NCBI GenBank assembly: GCA_902546375.1
Contig: CACCJO010000002.1
Location: 20,995-84,994 of the forward strand
Length of the DNA stretch: 64,000 nt
Source of the DNA: an uncultured Pelagibacteraceae bacterium
GTDB taxonomy: Bacteria; Pseudomonadota; Alphaproteobacteria; Pelagibacterales; Pelagibacteraceae
Direction: 5' to 3'
Below the pieces are notes generated by a model that was not told the DNA's origin, ran no database searches, and saw nothing but the letters and a program-made list of their open reading frames with translations. Below, one piece after another: positions 20,389 through 28,183 of the stretch. The position numbers and the translations under genes were made by a program. Position 1 is the stretch's first letter. Each line of letters opens with the position of its first letter.

Positions 20389-21257
20389 TATTTATTAATA
20401 GGTTTTATTTTTCCACGAGGCCTTACCTTTTTTAGACCCTCAGCTACAATTATATCACCCGCAGCTAAGCCTGAAATTATTTCAATGTTACTATCGCCTC
20501 TAAGGCCAGTTTTTACCTCAGTTTTATTTGCAATATTTTCTGCACTAATTTTGTAAACATATGATTTATCGCCCTCTATCATCACACTTGTATCAGGTAC
20601 ACTTAAAGAATTTCTCAAATCAAATTTTACTCTTACCTCTAAAAGTGAACCTGAAATTAATTCTAAATTTTCATTTTTCACTTTTATTCTTGATAATAAA
20701 CTTCTGGTGTCCGCATTTATTCTGCTTGAAACAAAATCTATTTCACCTGAAAAAGTTTTATCTTTAAAACTAGATAAGGTAACTTCGACTGGAAGACCTT
20801 TTTCTATAAATGTAGAGTAGCTTTCTGGAATTTTAATATCTGAGTAAATTATTGAGTTATCATCAAGAGTAATGATAAATATGTTATTTGAAACAAGAAT
20901 GTCTTCAGTTAAACCTGTGTAGCCAAGAACCCCACTAAATGGAGCCAATATATCCCCACTTTTTAATTTAATTAAAACATCTCCTTTTTGAACAAAATTT
21001 TTAAGTTTTAAATCCTCAAAAAGATCATCTTTTTTAATCTTAAAAGTTTTTGATTTTTTAGAAATTGCTGTACCGTAAGTTTCTATTTGTTCAGAGAATT
21101 CTTTTTCAATAACCTCAGTTACAATTATTCCTGGTGGTGGTCTCTTACTGAATTTTTTTTTAAAATGATTGCCAATCATTGATCTTCCAACAATTACAAT
21201 TGTAATTATTAAAAAAAACACAAATATTATTGAAATTGTTTTCGTAGATCTTTTCAT
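20388..21257 (-). CDS. RND periplasmic adaptor (MFP), apparently lacking the alpha-hairpin
   Basis: N-terminal TM, VQKGDVL and ILAPFSG lipoyl halves, SRINADTRS, VPDTSV and GLAAGD.IV.EG. Confidence 0.9.
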   Translation of the reverse strand: MKRSTKTISIIFVFFLIITIVIVGRSMIGNHFKKKFSKRPPPGIIVTEVIEKEFSEQIETYGTAISKKSKTFKIKKDDLFEDLKLKNFVQKGDVLIKLKSGDILAPFSGVLGYTGLTEDILVSNNIFIITLDDNSIIYSDIKIPESYSTFIEKGLPVEVTLSSFKDKTFSGEIDFVSSRINADTRSLLSRIKVKNENLELISGSLLEVRVKFDLRNSLSVPDTSVMIEGDKSYVYKISAENIANKTEVKTGLRGDSNIEIISGLAAGDIIVAEGLKKVRPRGKIKPINK

Positions 21258-21264
21258 ATTAAAT

Positions 21265-22080
21265 TTAAATTAATCCGTATTCGGCCCAAGAGCCATCATA
21301 TATACAAGGAAGATATTTATCATTAATTAAAGAATAAGCTAGTGCCAAAACACACGCTGTAACACCTGAACCACATGAAAAAACAATCTTTTTTTGCTCT
21401 AAATTTTCAATACTTGTTTTAAAAATTTCTTTAAGTTGATCTTTATTTTTAAAAGTTTTATCGTCATTTAGACAATCATTAAATGGTATACAAAAAGAGT
21501 TTTTTATACATCCACTTCTAAGACCTTTTCTGGGCTCAGGGATTTTACCTTCAAATCTTTCTCTACTTCGAGCATCAATTAATGTGAATATTTTTTCGTC
21601 TATATTTTGATCAATTGCTTGTTTACTCTTAACAAGATCTTTTCTCTCGCTACCTTTATAATCAGATTTATCTATACTTGAAATTTCATCAGTCACTTTC
21701 TTTTTTTCTTTAAGCCATTTTCTTAAACCACCATTTAAAACATTTATTAATTTTGGATCATGTCCATAATAGATAAAATTAAACCAACCACGACACGAGC
21801 TTATAACATCTGAATTATCATAAATGACTATTTCATCATTTTTTTTAATTCCCATATTTGAAACAATTTTATCCCAACTCATTTGGTCAACTAACATATG
21901 TGGTAAAGCAGTATCTTTTCTTGAATTTTCATCTATATCAAAAAAAATTGCGTTAGGTATATGAAGAGATTTATATTCCTCAAATCCCCTTCTTTGTGTT
22001 TGAGGCATATGCCAAGAGCAGTCAATAATTTTCACCTTAGTAAGGTTTTTTTCTAACCAATCAGTTTCAACCAAAGACAT
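21265..22080 (-). CDS. sseA: 3-mercaptopyruvate/thiosulfate sulfurtransferase (tandem rhodanese)
   Basis: HIPNAIFFD, DARSRERF.G..PEPR, active loop CGSGVTA and YDGSWAE. Confidence 0.92.
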   Translation of the reverse strand: MSLVETDWLEKNLTKVKIIDCSWHMPQTQRRGFEEYKSLHIPNAIFFDIDENSRKDTALPHMLVDQMSWDKIVSNMGIKKNDEIVIYDNSDVISSCRGWFNFIYYGHDPKLINVLNGGLRKWLKEKKKVTDEISSIDKSDYKGSERKDLVKSKQAIDQNIDEKIFTLIDARSRERFEGKIPEPRKGLRSGCIKNSFCIPFNDCLNDDKTFKNKDQLKEIFKTSIENLEQKKIVFSCGSGVTACVLALAYSLINDKYLPCIYDGSWAEYGLI

Positions 22081-22081
22081 G

Positions 22082-22525
22082 CTATCTCTTTTCCAAGTAT
22101 TTTTGATGATATTCCTCAGCTGGACAGTAATTTTTTAGTAAAGATATTTTTGTTACAACTTTTCCAGATAAACGTTCATTCACTTCATTTAATACCTTCT
22201 CAGCTATCATTTTTTGATTGTCATTAAGATAAAATATTTCACTTCTATACTGGGTTCCAAAATCTGGCCCTTGAGAATTTAAAGTAGTTGGATCATGAAT
22301 TTGAAAAAATATTTTTAAAATTTTTTCGTATGTGATAATTTTTTCATCAAAATCTAACTTTACCACTTCAGCATGATTTGTATTGCCGGTGCAAACTTCT
22401 TTATAAGTGGTGATAGAGCTATTACCTCCACAGTAGCCAACTTCTGTTTTGATTATGCCGTCTATTTTACTGAATTTAATTTCAGGTCCCCAAAAACATC
22501 CAAGTGCTAAAACAGCTATTTCCAT
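22082..22525 (-). CDS. msrA: Peptide-methionine (S)-S-oxide reductase
   Basis: GCFWG, HAEVV, HDPTT.N.QG.D.GTQYRS and AEEYHQKY. Confidence 0.96.
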   Translation of the reverse strand: MEIAVLALGCFWGPEIKFSKIDGIIKTEVGYCGGNSSITTYKEVCTGNTNHAEVVKLDFDEKIITYEKILKIFFQIHDPTTLNSQGPDFGTQYRSEIFYLNDNQKMIAEKVLNEVNERLSGKVVTKISLLKNYCPAEEYHQKYLEKR

Positions 22526-22560
22526 TGAATAAGATTTAATTTAATTTACAAATTATTCAT

Positions 22561-23445
22561 ATGCTAAGTAAAAATCAATTGGGATTTTTGTACATGTTTT
22601 TGTCCATTTGTGCATTTTCATTAATGGATTTAATTGTAAAGTGGTCTGTAGATTATCCTATTGGGCAAGTTTTGTTTTTTAGAGGTTTTTTTGGAATAAT
22701 CTTTTATTTTTTTATAATTCCAAAAGAAAGATTTCATAATTTTTACAAAACTCAACGACCAGGGTTGCATGCTTTAAGATGTGGCTCAGGATTAGTAGCT
22801 CTAATTGCAATATTTATTGCTTTAAGGCAGCTGCCATTAGCAACTGTTGTAAGCATTTCTTTCGCTGCTCCAATATTTACAACAATATTATCTATTTTTT
22901 TATTAAATGAAAAGGTTGGAATTTTTAGGTGGTTAGCAGTGATCATAGGCTTTGTTGGAATTCTTATAATTACAGAACCTGGCATCACTGAATTAAATAT
23001 TTATTATATTTTTCCGATTATATTTTGTTTAGGTCTATCCTATGTAGCCATAACTATTAGACAACTTTCAACAACCGAACCAGTGTGGTTAATTTCTTTT
23101 TATTTTTCGTTAGCAATTACACTATTAAGTTTTTTAACTATCCCACAGGGCTGGGTAATGCCTACTTTAAATCATTTTATACTTTTATCTTTGATAGGTA
23201 TTTTTGGAGGTGTTGCAAACTTGTGGTTAAGTCAATCATATAAATTTTCAGAGGTTTCTCTGGTAACTCCCCTTAAATATTTGGCTTTAGTTTTCGCTAT
23301 CATATTTGGATATTTCATTTGGAACGAGATACCCACGTTTAAAACGCTAATGGGGGCTTTATTGGTAATTGTTTCAACGCTTATAATTTTTAGAAGGGAG
23401 ATTTATAAGAAAAAAATTATAACATCTAGGTCAATTAATGAATAA
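22561..23445 (+). CDS. DMT/EamA family transporter
   Basis: About 10 TM segments with a duplicated EamA pattern (FAAPIF...LLNEKVG; P..Y..LVFA...WNEIP). Confidence 0.88.
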   Translation: MLSKNQLGFLYMFLSICAFSLMDLIVKWSVDYPIGQVLFFRGFFGIIFYFFIIPKERFHNFYKTQRPGLHALRCGSGLVALIAIFIALRQLPLATVVSISFAAPIFTTILSIFLLNEKVGIFRWLAVIIGFVGILIITEPGITELNIYYIFPIIFCLGLSYVAITIRQLSTTEPVWLISFYFSLAITLLSFLTIPQGWVMPTLNHFILLSLIGIFGGVANLWLSQSYKFSEVSLVTPLKYLALVFAIIFGYFIWNEIPTFKTLMGALLVIVSTLIIFRREIYKKKIITSRSINE

Positions 23446-24073
23446 AGTACCTAAATATTGGAACAAGGCAAAAAAATATTTATCTAAAAAAGATCAAACT
23501 CTTTCTAAGTTAATCAAAAGTTATGAAAGTCCTTCAGAAACTATTTTAACTTCAAGGCGAGATATTTTTTTTTCGTTATGCAAAAGTATAATTGGACAAC
23601 AAATAAGTGTTGCAGCAGCAAATTCTGTCTTTTTAAAGTTTAAAAAAAAATGTAAAAATAAAATTAACGCAAAAACAGTATCTAAACTGACTTTTACTCA
23701 ATTGAAAAGCTGTGGATTAAGCAGACAGAAAGTATTAGGCATAAAGAGTTTAGCGAAGCAAACATTAGATAAAACTTTTAATCCTAAACTGATTAATAAA
23801 ATGTCAGATGAGGAGGCTATTAATTATTTATCACAATTAAGACAAATAGGGAGATGGTCAGCTGAAATGATTTTATTATTTACATATAACAGATCAAATA
23901 TTTGGCCAATTCAGGATATCGGCCTTCTAAGAGCTATTTCAAAAAATTATAAAAAAAAATATTTACCACCTGATAAATTTGTATCTTTATTAAAAAAAAG
24001 GTTTAGTCCTTATTGTTCTGTTGCAACGTGGTATTTATGGAGAAGTATAGATCCTGAGCCTATTCAGTACTAA
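23438..24073 (+). CDS. DNA-3-methyladenine glycosylase (AlkA/HhH-GPD family)
   Basis: SIIGQQISV.AA, GLSRQK, HhH IGRWSAEM, DIGL and PYCSVATWYLWRS. Confidence 0.9.
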   Translation: MNKVPKYWNKAKKYLSKKDQTLSKLIKSYESPSETILTSRRDIFFSLCKSIIGQQISVAAANSVFLKFKKKCKNKINAKTVSKLTFTQLKSCGLSRQKVLGIKSLAKQTLDKTFNPKLINKMSDEEAINYLSQLRQIGRWSAEMILLFTYNRSNIWPIQDIGLLRAISKNYKKKYLPPDKFVSLLKKRFSPYCSVATWYLWRSIDPEPIQY

Positions 24074-24359
24074 ACCCCTCAACCACTTGCATGTGTCTTC
24101 TTGTAGTTTTTTTTGCTACTGCCCAACTATCTTGATATTCTTTAGAGGAATGACATTCTAATGCTTTGGCATAACTTGGAAATTCCCACACAACAGTCCT
24201 ACTAAAATCATCACCATTAAAAGTGTCATGCTTGCCACCTCTTATTAATGGCACACCACCATAACTCTTGATAACTGGTGTAGCTAACTCTGAATATTTC
24301 TTCAAGTTTTCTTGATTATCTATTTTAAAATATAAACTAACCCAATATCCTTTTTTCAT
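24060..24359 (-). CDS. DUF1330 family protein
   Basis: KGYW, YGG.PLIRGG, RTVVWEFPS...A..C..S.EYQ and VVEG. Start MKKGY sits 1 nt after the upstream stop. Confidence 0.85.
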   Translation of the reverse strand: MKKGYWVSLYFKIDNQENLKKYSELATPVIKSYGGVPLIRGGKHDTFNGDDFSRTVVWEFPSYAKALECHSSKEYQDSWAVAKKTTRRHMQVVEGFSTE

Positions 24360-24360
24360 T

Positions 24361-25257
24361 TTAATCAATCCATTCTTTATAATTATTTAAGTTATCTTGC
24401 AAAAACTTAGGTAATTTATGTGTTGGATATTTCTCAAGTTTGCTACCATCGCCAATTTTGTTAACTCTTTTATCAACTTTTAGATCATAAATAGCTTGTT
24501 TGTTTTTGATTAAACTATCTATTTCATCTACAGACAAAGGATTTTCGTCGAATTCTCTGTGGTGTAGATATGATTTAAGTTTGAATTCAATTTCTGAAGC
24601 AGTTTTTAAATTAGAAAAGTGCCATCCACCATTAGATATGATTTTGATGTCAATATACTTTTTATCAGAGAAAAAAGTATCTAATCTGTAAAAAGGATAT
24701 TTTCTGTCTTTAATATTTCTCAACCATTGGGGTGATTTAAGAAATTTTTTTCTACATCCTTTTGTACCAGTCCAATCAAGATTTGGTAACTTAAGATTAA
24801 ATTTATAATAAAACATATCTTGTTTAAAAAGAATAATCTTTTCTTGTATTTTTGATAAATCTAATCTTTCTAAATTTGGAATTTCATCAACATCTGAAAT
24901 TAAAATTATGTCATCATCCTTTGCTGTCTCTAAGCCTTTTAGAACTTCATTTCTTTGACCGTTTTCTCTTAAGATAGCATTCTTAATATATTTAAATGAT
25001 TTTATGGCCTCATTGTCTTTTTCATTGATTAAGTTTTTTCTTATTTCTTGTGGTTCTTCATCATAAGTAATATAGATTAATTTATCTTTGAATTTTTTAA
25101 ATTTTTGATGATTAAATTTTAAGTCTCTTTTATCACCTTTGTGAGTAAAAGAACTCTCTACAATCACAAAATAATCCACATATTTATCTAAGATGTTCAG
25201 CCTTAATTCTAAAACTGTTTCTTCATCAAAATACATAAAACAATCAAAAATTTTCAT
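24361..25257 (-). CDS. Glycosyltransferase family 17-like protein
   Basis: IFDCFMYFDE..LELRL..L...VDYFVIVES..TH.G, E..QRN, ISDVDEIP and GGWHFS. Confidence 0.8.
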   Translation of the reverse strand: MKIFDCFMYFDEETVLELRLNILDKYVDYFVIVESSFTHKGDKRDLKFNHQKFKKFKDKLIYITYDEEPQEIRKNLINEKDNEAIKSFKYIKNAILRENGQRNEVLKGLETAKDDDIILISDVDEIPNLERLDLSKIQEKIILFKQDMFYYKFNLKLPNLDWTGTKGCRKKFLKSPQWLRNIKDRKYPFYRLDTFFSDKKYIDIKIISNGGWHFSNLKTASEIEFKLKSYLHHREFDENPLSVDEIDSLIKNKQAIYDLKVDKRVNKIGDGSKLEKYPTHKLPKFLQDNLNNYKEWID

Positions 25258-25305
25258 AACAACTTTTTAATCTTTTTTAATTTTTTTTATATGATAAAAA
25301 AATCT

Positions 25306-25824
25306 ATGGCAGATAAATTAATAGTCAGTTTTGAAGAATATATCAAAATAGTAGAAAAATTAGCTATTGAAATTCATAATAATTACAAACCTACAGTTTT
25401 AGTTGGAATAATGAGAGGTGCAGCACCTATAATTGATATCCTCTCACGGATACTAAAACTCCCAATAGCTTACATTGTTATTCAAAGTTACACAGGAAAA
25501 GGATTAGAAGACCAACAAGGCCAACTAATGTTTGCTAGAGAAATAAGCTCATTAGCTAAAGAAGAAGATTTTGAAAAAATCCTTTTAATCGATGATTTAT
25601 CAGATACAGGACTAACACTTAATAAAAGCATTGAATGGCTCAAAAGTTACGAACCAACAAAAAAATTTATTAGAGAAATTAAAACTGCTTGTTTATGGAA
25701 AAAAAAATCATCTTCTTTTGAGCCAGACTTTTGTCCAATTAAATTAGATTCAGATCCTTGGATTGTTCAGCCCACAGAACATTATGAAGAACTTTCTATT
25801 GAAGAAATTATCAAAAAAAATTAG
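25306..25824 (+). CDS. Type I phosphoribosyltransferase (purine salvage, Gpt/Hpt-like)
   Basis: VGIMRGA, PRPP loop LLIDDLSDTGLTL and WIVQP. An alternative start exists at 25291. Confidence 0.85.
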   Translation: MADKLIVSFEEYIKIVEKLAIEIHNNYKPTVLVGIMRGAAPIIDILSRILKLPIAYIVIQSYTGKGLEDQQGQLMFAREISSLAKEEDFEKILLIDDLSDTGLTLNKSIEWLKSYEPTKKFIREIKTACLWKKKSSSFEPDFCPIKLDSDPWIVQPTEHYEELSIEEIIKKN

Positions 25825-25854
25825 TTAACGGAGCTAGAAAACTAGCCCCGTTAA
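25825..25854. terminator. Hairpin between convergent PRTase and NCS2 permease genes
   Basis: TTAACGG-A-GCTAG / AAAA / CTAGC-C-CCGTTAA. The mismatch becomes a G-U pair on the minus-strand transcript. Confidence 0.75.
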
Positions 25855-25861
25855 ATTTTAT

Positions 25862-27172
25862 TTAGCTTACAGCAAAACTTACGACACTAAGTGCTGCAAT
25901 CACCCATATTGCTGGAGAAGTGCTAGAGAATTTTCCAGTAAATATTTTTATTAAAGCATATGAAACAAATGCCAAAGCAATTCCATTACTGATACTATAA
26001 GTTAATGGCATAGCAATCATTGCTAAAATTGCTGGAGCTGACTCTGAGATATCATTCCATTCTATGTCTGTTATATTTCTTATAAATAAAACAGAAACAA
26101 ATAGTAAGGCAGCACCATCAATTTGTTTTGGTAAACTTGTTGCAAGAGGTGCAAAAAATATACATGCTAAAAACAATATACCTATTACAAGGGAAGTCAT
26201 CCCAGTTTTACCACCAGCTTTTACACCAGCTCCTGACTCCACATAACTGGTAACAGTTGTTGTTCCCATCATAGCACCTGCAACAGTCCCAACGCTGTCA
26301 GACAACATTGCTTTATTAATGTCCTGAACTTTTCCTTGTTTATCAACTTTACCCGCAACGTTTGCAACAGAAGTTAATGTTCCAGCTGTATCGAAGAAAT
26401 CTATAAATAATAAAGTAAATATTACTGTAGACATTCCAGCAGTCATGGCAGCAGATAAGTCAAATTCAAAAAGGTATGTCATTGGTGGTGGCGCGCTCGC
26501 TATTCCATTAAATTTAGCTAGACCAGTTGCCCAAGCGATAACGCTGAAAAACAAAATACCTATAATGATATTTCCTTTTACATTCATTTTTTCAAGTACA
26601 ATAATTGCAATAAAAGTTGCACATCCAAGAAGAACTAATGGATCACTTAAATTTCCAAGCTGTACTAGTGTTACAGGATTATCAACTACAACTTCCATAA
26701 TTTGTAATCCAATAATTGCAAGAAACAATCCAATACCCGCACCTATTCCTAGTTTTAAACTTTTTGGAATTGAGTTAATTAACCAAGCTCTAATAGGAGT
26801 AAGTGATATAATTAAAAACAATACCCCTGCAACCAAAACTGCACCAAGAGCTTGTTGTGGCGTATAACCCATGCCGGCACAAACTCCAAAAGCAACAAAA
26901 GCATTTATACCCATACCTGGTGCTAGTCCAATTGGCCAAGTTTTTCCGTAAAAAGCCATTATAAAACAGGCTAAAGCTGTTGCTAAAATAGTTGCTGTGT
27001 ACACTGCGCCGAAATCAAAGAAACCTTTTTCAGGACCGGCGAATTCTCCTGATAAGATGAATGGATTTAAAAACATTATGTAAGCCATTGTTAAGAACGT
27101 AGTTGTTCCAGCAATTACTTCAGTTTTAAAATCTGTTTTATGTTTTTTGTATTCAAAATATTTTTCAAGCAT
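25862..27172 (-). CDS. NCS2 family (AzgA/PbuG-like) purine permease
   Basis: EVIAGTTTFLTMAYI, APGMGINAF, DFFDTAGTL, TSYVES.AG...GG.TG and PLTYSISNG. AGGAGG SD upstream. Confidence 0.94.
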   Translation of the reverse strand: MLEKYFEYKKHKTDFKTEVIAGTTTFLTMAYIMFLNPFILSGEFAGPEKGFFDFGAVYTATILATALACFIMAFYGKTWPIGLAPGMGINAFVAFGVCAGMGYTPQQALGAVLVAGVLFLIISLTPIRAWLINSIPKSLKLGIGAGIGLFLAIIGLQIMEVVVDNPVTLVQLGNLSDPLVLLGCATFIAIIVLEKMNVKGNIIIGILFFSVIAWATGLAKFNGIASAPPPMTYLFEFDLSAAMTAGMSTVIFTLLFIDFFDTAGTLTSVANVAGKVDKQGKVQDINKAMLSDSVGTVAGAMMGTTTVTSYVESGAGVKAGGKTGMTSLVIGILFLACIFFAPLATSLPKQIDGAALLFVSVLFIRNITDIEWNDISESAPAILAMIAMPLTYSISNGIALAFVSYALIKIFTGKFSSTSPAIWVIAALSVVSFAVS

Positions 27173-27298
27173 TTATCCTCCTATAAATCGCAAAATATTT
27201 GATTCTTTCCCGTATTACCCGTCAAAATTAATTCTTATTAACAATTTTCAACCCACAAGTTTATATTTATGCCATAATTACGTTGTTATTATAAAATT

Positions 27299-27604
27299 AT
27301 GAAAAAAATTAAGATCTCAATTCTAAGTGTATTTATAATATTTTCTTTATTAGGTTGTCAGACAATTAAGCAAAAAACTGATGCTATTGTTGAAAAGGAA
27401 AATAAAAAATTAAGTGCATTTATAGGTAAGTCCTCTCAAGATTTAAAAAGCAGTTTGGGCAGCCCAGACGAAGATTTTAAAAATGAAAAAGGAAATTTAG
27501 TTTTAGTTTATAACACAAAAAAATATGGAATACCTTGCGAAAGAAGATTTGAAGTAAACGCAAAATTGATTGTTATTGGATTTGTTTCTAATGGTTGCTT
27601 TTAA
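27299..27604 (+). CDS. Hypothetical lipoprotein
   Basis: Basic N-terminus, hydrophobic stretch and LLGC lipobox. IGKS..DL...LGSPD pattern resembles SmpA/OmlA-like domains. Confidence 0.7.
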   Translation: MKKIKISILSVFIIFSLLGCQTIKQKTDAIVEKENKKLSAFIGKSSQDLKSSLGSPDEDFKNEKGNLVLVYNTKKYGIPCERRFEVNAKLIVIGFVSNGCF

Positions 27605-27609
27605 TTACC

Positions 27610-27630
27610 TGCGGAGAATTTATCTCCGCA
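27610..27630. terminator. Hairpin between convergent lipoprotein and ibpA genes
   Basis: TGCGGAGA / ATTTA / TCTCCGCA, a perfect 8-bp GC-rich stem. Confidence 0.7.
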
Positions 27631-27642
27631 AGCAAGGTGTAC

Positions 27643-28089
27643 TTATTTAATTTCAATAAGTTTTCTTTTTTTATGCTCAGGAACAATTCTTTCACAAGAT
27701 ATTGTTAAAAGACCATCTTTTAACTCAGCACCATTAACTTTCACATCGTCAGCTATAGTAAATGATCTGGCAAATTGTCTTTGAGAAATACCTTTGTGAA
27801 TTATTTCTCCATCAGCATTATTATTCTCAGATTTATTAACTTGTTTAGTTCTTACAGTTAATAAATTATCTTCAAACTCAACTTCAACATCATTTTTATT
27901 AAAACCAGCTAAAGCAACTTCGATTGCATAATTATCCTTACCAGTTTTTCTGATGTTATAAGGCGGGTAGTTTGACTGCATAGTCAAAGAACCATTACCA
28001 AGCATATTTTCAAATTGGTCAAACATATCGTCAAAACCAATTGAAAAGGGTCTAAGCGAGTTGAATATAGATAAATCCTTACTTGTCAT
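27643..28089 (-). CDS. ibpA: Small heat shock protein Hsp20 (IbpA family)
   Basis: SIGFD..FD, NYPPYNI, IEVALAGF, HKGISQRQF.RSF and AELKDGLL. Confidence 0.95.
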   Translation of the reverse strand: MTSKDLSIFNSLRPFSIGFDDMFDQFENMLGNGSLTMQSNYPPYNIRKTGKDNYAIEVALAGFNKNDVEVEFEDNLLTVRTKQVNKSENNNADGEIIHKGISQRQFARSFTIADDVKVNGAELKDGLLTISCERIVPEHKKRKLIEIK

Positions 28090-28147
28090 AATATCCTCCT
28101 TTGTTAAGCAAGTTTATTTATTGTTAGCCCCATTAGGCGACCAACAT
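28087..28147 (-). promoter_or_regulatory. ROSE-like RNA thermometer in the ibpA 5' UTR
   Basis: 5' hairpin UGUUGGUC-G-CC/UAAU/GG-GGCUAACA, then CUU-G-CUU/AACA/AAGGAG, in which UUGCU with a bulged G pairs the SD. Confidence 0.7.
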
Positions 28148-28152
28148 TGTTT

Positions 28153-28180
28153 ATATGGGGGTTATTTGTTTTTTTTCAAG
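28153..28180 (-). promoter_or_regulatory. sigma32 (RpoH) promoter of ibpA
   Basis: CTTGAA, 14-nt spacer, CCCCATAT. Matches the RpoH consensus. Confidence 0.85.
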
Positions 28181-28183
28181 ATA

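Noticed and set aside
27173-27298. Purine riboswitch before the NCS2 permease
   Set aside because: No three-way junction or conserved core could be matched.
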